Shown one piece after another: positions 53,323 through 64,000 of a stretch of DNA of 64,000 nt. How positions within the stretch are numbered: position 1 is the first letter of the stretch; the number at the start of each line of letters is the position of its first letter. A program made the translations under genes and the position numbers. The DNA is from Auanema rhodensis (taxonomy: Eukaryota; Animalia; Nematoda), in the NCBI GenBank assembly GCA_964057225.1, contig OZ059897.1, forward strand, positions 9,176,001 to 9,240,000. Direction: 5' to 3'. The notes below the pieces were generated by a model. That model was not told the origin of the DNA, did not search any database, and saw only the letters and a program-made list of their open reading frames with translations.

Positions 53323-56300
53323 GACATCTAAAAATTGAAGAAATTGAATTGTAATATAAAGAGAAATGGATATAAATATGTATTACATCAAGAAGATTTA
53401 GACAAATTAAACATGAAATGATGTGAAATAATATTGTTTGTCATTTTCAAAAAGAATAAACACAAAAAAAGTTATAAACATTGAAGCTTAAAATACTGAA
53501 AATGGTGGAACATGCTACTCGCATGAGCTCAGAAAAAGATTTACCAATGCTAAGACCATCATGTTTTCAATAAACACAATGTTTATAATCCATAACTATA
53601 TATGTAGATAGATGTATTAAGTATATGATATAGTTATATATTTAAGATGAAAAAACGCTTTTTTGCTAATAAATTTTGAATTATTCCAAGTTTTTTTCAC
53701 ACAAAAGGAATAAGGAAGAAAGAGATATTTATAATGAACAAGTGCATATAAGATACATATAGTATAGGAAGACGAGTGAAATATGAATATCATGAAGATA
53801 GAAGAGGAATATGAATGATGTGAAACTTTGTAATTAGATACTGAGAAAGTTGAAACGAGAACGGCTTCCCTTATGTAAATGGAGCAATAACTTGAAAATA
53901 AGCTTAAAAGATAATTCACATTTTAGCTACGCACGAATAGAAAAGAAACAATTGTTGAATGATATTATTACAGATAAAAGTTTAAAAAAAATCGGAGTTT
54001 AATATTCATTTTACACATGTACTATTAAAATTTTTATTTAAAATGATGAAATGTAAAAGAAGAAAATTTCATATTTTTTATCAAAAAAAAAGCTGCACAA
54101 TGAAGTATACCGCATAAATACATTTAGATCAAAACAGATTAAAAGCTTTGAGTATGTGTAAGATGGAGCTTGGATTGAAGAAGAATATGAGAGATACTAA
54201 AGGGGTCATTTAGATTCAAATAAGAGCCATCAGAGTACTTTAAGATCAAGCCGCTAATGAGCAAAATATGCAATATTACAAACCTATCTTTAAGGCACAT
54301 AAAACTATCACTTAATGTAACTATATTTTATAAATTATTTATTACTTAATTATATATTTTTAAGATTAAAATGCGATGAAATTGAATTAAAATAATTTTA
54401 TTGAAGTTTAAGTTCTATATTAGAATAGCAATTAGCATATAATTAGATGAGATGTGAGGTATAGTTACGTGAATTTCACGTTACTTTTCATATTTTATTG
54501 ATAAAAGCAATGAACCGGTTGATTTTACTATCGAGAATCTGCATTTGTAGTTACGAATTTATTTCTAAAAACTCATTGAAATCGTAGAACATATTCAATG
54601 AAAATCATTTATATCTTAAAGAAATTAAACTGAAGATAAATGAAGAAAGAAAAGTAGTAAACATTGAAACTAAAAAGATGTTCAATTCAATTATTAGTAA
54701 AGCTGATCTGATACATTTCAAATAAACTCAATGAAACTGCTCTCTCAATTCAGCCGGAGCTCTAAGCAAACACTTGATGATGAAGACTGGTAAGTGATAC
54801 TACTAGTATAGAAGACAAGTAAAACAAGTCATCTACTGAATAGTAAGAATAGAATTTAATATAATATTTTAAATATAAGAAATAGTTAATGAAAGAATAG
54901 CAATATGGCATATATTAAAATCTTAATATATAATAAAATTTTATAAATTGTTAGTTAGCTATGATATTCAGAAAAAATATTATAATATAGATAACTATAT
55001 GAATATAACGTTTTAACTATTCATATTTGATAGATGAATGAACTAATAGCATTAGAAGGATTATGCATGACTAATATAAATTGTTTTGAAAATTAAAGAA
55101 ATAGTCATAAACTCTAAATAACTTTCCTTATACTAGAATGAAGATTAAGATAATTATTATTAGAATTTGAAATTGATTGGGATTCATAACATTTAAAAGA
55201 AGAAATTATGGTTTTGAAGTTATTATGTGTGTATGTAATCAGCCATTATGGTTTGAACACATTCACATAGTTATGTTGCTCGGGCAACAAATCTCATCTG
55301 CCTGTCAGATGCTTCTGTTTTTCTTCAATTTGATCGTAATTTGGAACAAACTACCGACAAAAGAAAAACCTTTTTGAATATAAGATAAATCATGAGGAAA
55401 TAAAGGTTTGATTGAAGAATAATGTAGAAATAGATTAAATTGAAATTAATAGAAAAAAAAACATATCATTGTCATTGAGGTCAAACAGAAGCCATGTAAT
55501 AGGGAATCAAATACAAAAAACGGATTGAATTGAATAGGAATGTAAAATAGAACTGCTTCAACCACAATAATATGAAAAGTAATCGAAAGCAGAGATTGAG
55601 GCGATTGGTATTATATGATATGCATGTATACTACGTGATTTATACTATATGGTTAGGATGATAGCTCTGTCAAGTTCAATACAACCCACTTAGCATGTTA
55701 CAATCGTCTAAGAAATCTATCAACAACGGAAGTTGTCATAAAGGAATTGTATTTGAATATGTGAATGTTTGAGGCCGTTCATAATAGTTTTTCCTTTTAA
55801 TGAATGATCTCTCACCATCTTTCTCTCTATATCTCTCTCGCTCTCTCTTTCTCCCTGCCTCTATTTCTCTTTATGAATATATATGACATACCGTTTTCAT
55901 ATCAAAAGATTCTTTTTGGGTTGTTGTTCACCGTCTCACTTAACCTCAAAATGCCTTTTAGGCTCTTTATACCTGTATGCTATCCTATTCTACTAGTGTT
56001 ATCTCTTTGCTCTCTCATATTCTCTTTCTATATCTCTCTCTTCTTTACTTTATTCTTGTCAAGAGAACATTAGCTCATGAATACAACTGACCTTGCAGAT
56101 TTTAGCACTCATGGCTGTCAACTTTTCACTATAATCTATGTTTAAATATGCTATAATAATAAAACTTTCTTTCTCTTTCTTCATTATAATATTTCAATAA
56201 ACTATACATATCATCATATATACATAGATCTTCATAAATAAAGATTTAAAAACAAAATAAAAGATATAAATTAAACGAAAGAATCAAAAGAAATGGAATT

Positions 56301-58127
56301 AATCTATGACCTAGACTAATATACAATAATAATATATTTCATTCATATTATAATTTCTTTTCAATTCTTACTCACATTGTTCACATTTTTTCTTCAATTT
56401 ATTACAAAAAAGCTACAAAGCTGGGCAATTTATAAAACAAAATTAACAAAACAAATATCGACGACGGCTGTTTTCAATTGAAGAAAAATACTTTTCGTTT
56501 CGAATTTGTGACCATGTAGTCGGTGCAATCACACAAAAATATTATATTTAAGGTGGTAGAAATAATAAAAATAAAGAAAAGATGAATAAACATATTAGGA
56601 AAAATAGCTGCTATAGCGACAGCACGAATATCTGATTCAATAGTCTATGACGAGGGTCTGGAAGGGCTGTGTATGGTCAGCAGACGGTCAGGCGCCATTT
56701 GTTGGTTAGTTGAAACAATTGTAACACTCAGGTCAAAAGAAACAATTATAATTCAAGAATAGAGTTGTTGTATGAAAAGAAGAATAAAGGGCGCAAAAAC
56801 ATAGAGCAATATGTTGAGAACGATTTAATGAGTTTTGAAAGGTGAAGATGGAATCGTAAAATTGAGAGAAATTGAAATAAAAATTAGTTAGCTATTAACT
56901 TAAAGAGAAGTTGTGAAGCTTTTAAAACTTTGCAAATGATTTCTGAGTGGAGCGTAGGAGCATGTTTACTGGCTGGCTTAGCTGTAAAACCTATTGCGCA
57001 TCTGGGGACAATGGGAGGATTGCAGAGAATGCTGTGAAATGAAGATGGCGAAGACGTGAACTACGACGACGATAGATGGATGGCTGATACGATGAACTAT
57101 ACATTGCTCAACAGATTGTCCATCTTTTCTTTCTGTTCTTAAGAAAATTGAATGACAAGTGTATTAAAGCAAAAGCTTAAAGCCTAGAATTGTCTAGATA
57201 AACGATTACAAGTCGGTGATAAATAAGCAGTTGAAGATTGAAAGTTCTGAGAGAGCTAAAGACATTTCAAAACTTGAAGCTTAGCGCCTTCATCTGAGTA
57301 GCCAACAGGTGATAACGATAAATGAGGATTTTGAAGAGCAGGCGGCAAAGTTGTTGTGAAATGCAGAAAAAATTGGAAAAAGGCGACAACGCTGCAACAA
57401 TTAGCTTTGGCCGGTATTTTGAGACGATTGGATGAAAAATTAGGAGTCAGCTGTTGGCTGTCAGCTGTCCAACGCTATATTGAAAAGTTCAAAGAAAAGG
57501 CTTAGGACTGATGAAAGAAAAAATACTAAAGAGTTACAGATAAAGTAAGACAAAAGAGCAGAAGTAAAGATTAGAGAGGTGACGGAAATAAGACAGAAAT
57601 ATAGATATACAAGGGTCATCATTAGTCTTAGATTAAGAACAATAAGTCTGCTGGTGCTCTTAAAACAACTGGCGATTAGAGCAATAACTCTTATAGATCT
57701 ATTAAACGATAACTAACTAATAAATCATTCAAAATCAAAAAAAATTAACTTTTTAATGATTTTACTGTTAAAATGAAATGCTGCTAACAATAATGTTTTT
57801 ATCTAAAATCTAAATTAAATAAATATATACATAGGCATATATGTATGTATATGTATGGATTTGATCTAAATACTCACGGTGATTAAGTTGTCACGTAACT
57901 AAGCTAGCTGACCTGGAGATATGAACATGTCCAATTAAGATTACAAGATAACAAGAGCAAGAGTTTAAATATATTTCGCTTATGAAACTTATCTCTTTTT
58001 TTTTACTGTAATTTCTATTTTTTACTTTCTTTTTATAAGTTCTACTTTCGATATCTTTCTTCCTGTTTTTTGAAATCAAAACATGATAATGTGAAAGTTC
58101 AACCCTATTACCATTTAAAATATTATT

Positions 58128-58245
58128 ATCCCGCTCTTTCGAGGGGATTCCAAAAAATGAATTTACTCATATGCGTCCCTATGCACGGAAATCTTTAGTA
58201 AAAGGCGAAAGATTTTCACGGAGAATTGCAAAGGAACCAGAGGAT
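58128..58245 (-). ncRNA. U5 spliceosomal snRNA
   Basis: Minus strand ATCCTCTGGTTCCTTTGCA...GTGAAAATCTTTCGCCTTTTACTAAAGATTTCCGTG has the invariant loop I GCCTTTTAC, an Sm site ATTTTTTGG and a 3' stem-loop ATCCC-CTC GAAA GAG-CGGGAT. Confidence 0.93.
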
Positions 58246-58337
58246 ACATAACTTTGGTACGTAAAGACACTTGGTGTAAAGTTGTACCGTATCTAATATG
58301 GGTGTACTAATATTGTCGGTTTTTAAAGAAAACAAAA

Positions 58338-58456
58338 AGCTTACGGCACCCGGGATTCCCAAGCCGTCTCCGATCCAAGTACTAACCGGGCCCAACGTTG
58401 CTTGACTTGCCAGATCGGACGGGATGGCGTACTTTCAACGTGGTATGGTCGTAAGC
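58338..58456 (-). rRNA. 5S rRNA (single dispersed copy)
   Basis: 119 nt, GCTTACGACCATACCACGTTGAA...GTTAGTACTTGGATCGGAGACGGCTTGGGAATCCCGGGTGCCGTAAGCT, followed by a T-run Pol III terminator. Confidence 0.97.
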
Positions 58457-58714
58457 GATGCTGTGCAATTGTTCTGTCATTATATAAAGTGTCGTACAAT
58501 GCTATTGAATTTTTCAAAAAAATATTTTTTATTTCAAAAATGTCAAAAATGTCCATTTCGAAATTTGAAATAAATAAATCTTCTTATTTGAAATCGAGAG
58601 ATAAATCTTATGAGGAACTGAACGAATTCTCACTTGTTGTGAAATAGGAAATTTCAAACATTTCATAAAAAATTTTCTTATCAGTAATAATTGTTTCTGG
58701 TTTCTAAAAGAGAT

Positions 58715-58786
58715 AGGTCCCGGGGAGATTTGAACTCCCGTCGCAGGATTCAGAGTCCTGAGTGCTAACCGCTACACCACGGGACC
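58715..58786 (-). tRNA. tRNA-Gln(CTG)
   Basis: GGTCCCGTGGTGTAGCGGTTAGCACTCAGGACTCTGAATCCTGCGACGGGAGTTCAAATCTCCCCGGGACCT: intact cloverleaf, anticodon CTG. Confidence 0.96.
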
Positions 58787-59452
58787 GCTGAGCTTATACG
58801 AATGGTCGTGATTGATGTCTTAAAGTGACGATGATGAGAGAGTGAGAGATACGTTCCGTTTTAAAAGACGTTCATCATAAGACCTTCTTTCAGTAGTTTG
58901 TCGATCTGATCTTAACGCCAAATGTTGTGATAAGTCTCGTTTATTTGCCCATAGAAAGATTCCGTTTTGATACAATTCTTCAGGAAATAATGCATTTTTG
59001 TGATAAGAATACACAACTTGAAGTATATTTTCTTTATGAGAAATAAAAAGTTATTATAAACCAAATATAGATGTCGTAAGTAAGTGGATGCCAACATGAT
59101 CAAGAACTATCTATTGAAGTTTGAATCACACTTTAAGCTTAAGTATCTGAGTCTGAGTCTATTGAATGAGATGTATATACATATCTATATGTTCATACTC
59201 TATTCACGTCCTCCTTTCAATAGTAACAGATAATCGGCAAAAATAGCCACAATTCCTGTATAAACTTCATTGAATCCAGCATTCCAAACGATTATATTCG
59301 TCAAAGAAGATTCGCCTTGCTTCATCAGTCAGGCCCAACATCAACATAGTCAGTCTTAGCCTGGCTCGTGTACCTGGCTATATCTCTCTTTGGCTATTTT
59401 CGTCAGTCAGATCCACAGCAATTGAAATTGGTGTATTGATTCCACAACAGAT

Positions 59453-60165
59453 ATGCGTTTCATCCTATTCACTGCAATTATCTTCAGTGAAGTTTGTATA
59501 GGTATTTCTTGAAATATATTCTCTCGTGCATGAAGATAAACTATTTTCTATTTTAGCTCAAATCTTTAACATCCCATTGCCATTCGGTGGCTTGGGATTC
59601 AAGAAAAGAGATGACGGCAAGGTATAAAGAAATGTTTCATAAGCATCATATGACCTTTTCAATTGAATAGGTTGAAATCATTGGCGGACAAGATGTTAAC
59701 ATTTTCGGATGGGGTGGCAGACGAAATGTCAAACTTGTAGCTGGTGATGGCACATTTAATATACAAAGTTGGTTGTGAAAAAAAACTTTTCTTTTCACAT
59801 TAAACGTTATTGCAACATCGTTTCAGAAGAAGATGCTGCCTATGTGAATGGGTCTGAATATGGTGGAGCAAATTCTTTTGAATTTGACAAACAACGAGGA
59901 ATCGATGTTGGAACGAATCTGACCTTAGCGAATCAGAAAGCTGTTGTGAGTTTTTTTTCATTTTTGAAACAAACATCAAAATCAAAAAATTGCTATACGG
60001 CTTATCAAATAAGAAAAAGTTGTTCAATGATGATAATTGGAGATTAAAAAACCAAATAACTTATCAACGTTTCAGGGTGGAATTGGAAAAGAAGTTGGAT
60101 TTCTAGAAGGGTTATTCTCTGCTATACGTGGTTTTGGAGCACCAATACCATCAAAACCTCAATAA
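59453..60165 (+). CDS. Small secreted Gly-rich protein of unknown function (~140 aa, 5 exons)
   Basis: Signal peptide MRFILFTAIIFSEVCIA, then QIFNIPLPFGGLGFKKRDDGK / VEIIGGQDVNIFGWGGRRNVKLVAGDGTFNIQ / KEDAAYVNGSEYGGANSFEFDKQRGIDVGTNLTLANQKAV / GGIGKEVGFLEGLFSAIRGFGAPIPSKPQ*. All introns GT-AG and in phase. Confidence 0.85.
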
Positions 60166-61529
60166 ATTATAATAAATCTTATATTTAACTATATTTCTGT
60201 CTGAACATTTGATGTTTTTTTCTTCAAAATAAATATAAACAATAGCTCTTGAGAATCGAACATCATTCAATACAACTCTTCCAATTTTTTTTATCAAAAT
60301 TTTTTAACCAAATGAAGTAGAATAGTTATCAGAGGGTAAAACTAGTTTCAATTCTCAGAAAAAAAGAAGCCAAGTGGACGACACAAATTGGCTTTCCTAG
60401 TATTGTCTGCCATTTAGCGATACTCGAGAAATAGCCTTGTTTTCAAGGTCTCTCCATAGTCCGTCCGATTACCAGTTGCCACGATGATGTCTCTTCATTT
60501 CATTTGTTATTTGAGATAGTTTGAGATTTCTGTATCTGTATCTATATCTGAAAAATATATATTGTGAATATGATTTTCATTGAAAATGCGGTTAATTTAT
60601 GAGTGTGATTAAGTGAGAAATTCGAAAAAATTGAAATATAAACTTCGTTGATCATGCCAGTCATGACGGTGACCGGAACAATAAGATCAAGAACTGGGTT
60701 AAGCAGTTGCCAAACATGCCAATGTTTGATTTATTAGTTTTCAGCTAAAACTGCTTAAACTACATTCAACTGTTTTAAAGAAAAAAAGAATCAGAAGCCT
60801 CATCTGCTAATGATTTCTGGCAAAAACTCAATATGACAAGTTAAAACAGAACATTGTTAATGCTACTATATTCCAGCTTGGTCTAAGTTTTATTTAGGTT
60901 TTTATAACTTCATGCTCGAGAAATGTTATACTGAATCTTATAATAAACTATTATTTCGTTACAGTAACTAGTAGAATTCAATATTTTTTTTTCGTCTCAA
61001 CATCTGATGACATTGGAATGAAATAAAGTGTTATAAATGACGACAAACTAACTTTTTTAGATCAATTGACCTAAGATGAACTATTTTAATTTGACTTTCT
61101 GTTCCTGAACAGTTTATCTGGAAATTGGTTCATCCAATTATCGTACTACTTATATGTTTCATGACAAGAAAGGGCGTGATTTGGCAAATTCAAAGTTTAG
61201 TTCTGGGCGCATCTTCGACGTCGTCAATTGACGTCGTTTCTTCATCCCTGAACAAAAATGTTTCCTATACATTCTCAATAATAAAACTTTCTGATTTTTT
61301 ACTATGCTTTACCATTACCGCTATGAGTTTTTTTAGTTTTTTCCAAGTAATTAAAGACTTCAACAAACTTTTATCTGAGAGTACTATCACATGGCAACAG
61401 AAAAGTTATCACAATATTTCAGTTTTTTCAAATTTCGTTTCGTTTTTTTCTAAAATTCTTCTTATTTTATTCATGTTTTTATAGAAAATTATATTATTTA
61501 GTTAGTAATTTCATTTTCAGAGCTAAAAC

Positions 61530-62209
61530 ATGAGATCATTAATTGTATTTGTTGGTTTATGCTGTCTGGCTTTTGCCCTTCAAGGATCTGAAAATCAAGA
61601 ATTTGAGGTTATCATTTGAATTTTGATCTAAACCTTATGATTTGATTATTTTGAAAAAAAATTGAAAAAAAGTATTAAAGCTTATCAATTCAAACGGTAT
61701 GTCCTTGGATGTCACGATCTTTGACCAAGAGTTAGTAGTGGCCCATGCAAGGACAAAATATTTTTATTTTATTTCGTTTGATCGTGATCATTTTAACTTT
61801 TTACTAGTGAAAACGAAAACAACGATTTGAAATTCAAGTAGTGAATTAAGTTTTCTTGACTTAGAATGACGACAACCTGAGGCTTGTACATGCTCCTCCA
61901 TTAGCTCCATTACCAGATATGACTAGTCTTCATAACTCCGGACCACCAGGTTTCATTCAAGTTTCTGAATCAGAACAAAAAAAGAGAATTCATGAAATTC
62001 ACACCTTAAAATACGTGTTACAGGTTTTGCCCCACCACATGACATCATGGTCAAAATTAGAGAAAGTTATTTGAAAAGAGTTAGTTACACTACAATAAAA
62101 AACATTTATCGTGACACTGAATTATCTCAAATGATTTCAGAAGAGAGTTCATGGACTATCAAGAAGAAAGCAAGCTGGTGATGATGATTTTGTTGCCAAG
62201 CAGCTATAG
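61530..62209 (+). CDS. Small secreted protein (95 aa, 4 exons) with multibasic sites; possible peptide precursor
   Basis: ttttcag acceptor just upstream of the ATG. Exons 61530-61607, 61865-61949, 62024-62079 and 62141-62209 sum to 288 nt: MRSLIVFVGLCCLAFA...HAPPLAPLPDM...GPPGFAPPHDIMVKIRESYLKRKRVHGLSRRKQAGDDDFVAKQL*. Confidence 0.8.
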
Positions 62210-63281
62210 ATCTGAGATACATTATCTAAACTATACATATAATCAATTGACTGAATTTAACCTTTGTCGGTTTCATTCTCCATACACATTGTCAGGTTTT
62301 TATGCTTTTTTTGCTCTCTCTTTTCCGTATTTCGCATCGTTTGTAATCACTTCAACCTTTTTTTTTCTTTCAAAATTTGTCATCCTCAATGATTCTTCGA
62401 AAGCTAGCATGATTCAATAGACACACTAGATCTTCAAATACATTATCTTCAATATTATTCCGTCAGAAACATAAAACGTTTGACAAATTTGTGCACTTTT
62501 CTGCTTTTTATATACATGTATGTATGTATCTTCAACTTTTCTCGATGATTCTTTTTGCTAACATTCAGACCGTTTCTAGAAAAACTTGTTTTAAATATTC
62601 GTTTGACTTTCATAAAAAAATTTATTTTCCATTTTCCTGTTTGTTTTGGCTATTTGTCAACTTGGTCAATGTACAGTTGAATCCTATTGAATTATAACCT
62701 GATTATCTAACATGTCTCTTTTCTTTTTTATTTTTTTCTGAGCATAAAAATCAAAGGGAATACCTAGAAAAAAAGAAAGAAAAAGCAAATGCGTCAAAGA
62801 CAAGAGCTTATACGTTCACGTCAAATGAAATCACAATTATCAATAAACAACTTGAATAATACCATAGTAAATAGTAGTAAATCGCTTTATTTTATTCATA
62901 ATATTTAATTTATTTTCATTATTAAACTGTAATAAATAAATCTTTTTTTTAATAATAATTGGATAATCATATTTTATAATTATAAAAAAACTTCTGACGA
63001 TGACGTCATTATATAGAGCAACCTGAAAAGTAAAAAAACGAGCGCAAAGTTGTCCTAAGCTGGACGAGGCAGCTCAAAAGTTCGATTTTGCTCTCTTCTA
63101 GTCTTCATTGGCTTCAGTCGTCACTAGAGGTCATTGTAACGGCTCAACGAGCGTCACAGTATGCTCAATGACCGGTCTTCAACTGACCATAATACAAGGA
63201 GCAGTATGTTAGCAGATATATAAAGGAAAATGAGGTATCTTGTCGTGTTGTGTGGTCAATTTTTCCCTTTTTCGTCTCAAC

Positions 63282-64000
63282 ATGATTCGAATAATCTTGC
63301 CTATTTCCTTCCTGTTTTTACATACATACGTAGCGTTAGCTGATGCTGAGATAGGAATCAAGGTAAATATCTTTTGCTCAATTTCAGAGATTTATCAGCT
63401 GTAACATGTGCTCAACTCGTCAATAAGTATTCGTATTTTAGAATTCTACAATAGCTCATACTCGTACAAAACGACAATGTTGTAATGCATTTCAAACGTC
63501 TTGCTGTCCAGCCCGACCACCTGTAAGTTTCTGAATATAGAATCTAACAGTTAATGATATATCCTAAAGCCATGTCTTCCAACATGTATTCAACAATGCC
63601 AATCAACATGTACTGTTATGCCTTGTAGAAGTAACTGTATGAATAGTTGCCGAATGCAATGTGGTTTCAATACTCAGGTAATATTATATTCTCATTTAAT
63701 TGATTCTGATGTTTTTGAGTATGAGGAAGTATATTCAGGTAATGCCAACATGTAATCAATGCCAAAATAACTGCATGCAAACATGCAGGACACAAATATG
63801 CTTTAGCACTTGTCAGCAGAACAATTGTGGAAATATATGCCGATCGGTAAATTTTCTAAGCAATAACATCCGCAAATACTGTTGAATATACTTCAGAACC
63901 CAACATCTTGCTCTCCCAATTGTGTCAACCAATGTCAATCCCGATGTGCAACTCCGATTTGTACTCAAGGCACGTCTAAGTTTTATAAAGTTCGAAGATG
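63282..64000 (+). CDS. Secreted Cys/Gln-rich CxxxC-repeat protein (ABU/PQN-like); 3' end outside the window
   Basis: TATA-like TATATAAAG near 63217; signal peptide MIRIILPISFLFLHTYVALA; RTKR|QCC furin-type site; repeats such as CLPTCIQQCQSTC, CNQCQNNCMQTC, CSPNCVNQCQSRC. The exon 2 donor is uncertain (it requires a 36-bp intron). Confidence 0.8.

Noticed and set aside
58825-58910. Possible C/D-box snoRNA (ATGATGA ... CTGA)
   Set aside because: No clear terminal stem or recognisable rRNA guide; both boxes are common by chance here.
1-64000. CRISPR arrays, prokaryotic operons, telomeric (TTAGGC)n arrays, SL1 RNA gene
   Set aside because: None seen; the sequence is spliced eukaryotic DNA.

Overview
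AT-rich, intron-containing eukaryotic DNA, most likely from a nematode (45-55 bp introns, TTTCAG acceptors, nematode-type 5S and U5, an EXP-1 orthologue). Most ORF-track entries are microsatellite or low-complexity noise, so I reconstructed genes by hand from splice sites. 1-35.8 kb: the 5' part of one minus-strand, long-intron gene with a PLEKHG5/RHGF-2-type Ras-binding domain. 36.0-43.9 kb: the main finding, a ~6.9-kb insert bracketed by a ~487-bp direct duplication. It holds a decayed Maverick/Polinton (gB-like fusogen, major capsid and integrase fragments), a Merlin/IS1016-type transposase relic and two inverted copies of a ~700-bp Tc1/mariner-type MITE. It also holds an intact 6-exon, 375-aa gene for an intracellular ubiquitin-like-domain + trypsin-fold serine protease (WOSP-like Maverick cargo) with a 553-bp partial tandem duplication. 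44.1-64 kb: exp-1 (GABA-gated cation channel), hst-3.1 (heparan sulfate 3-O-sulfotransferase), a compact tRNA-Gln/5S/U5 cluster and three small secreted-protein genes, the last running off the window. All family assignments come from motif recognition by eye; no searches were run.
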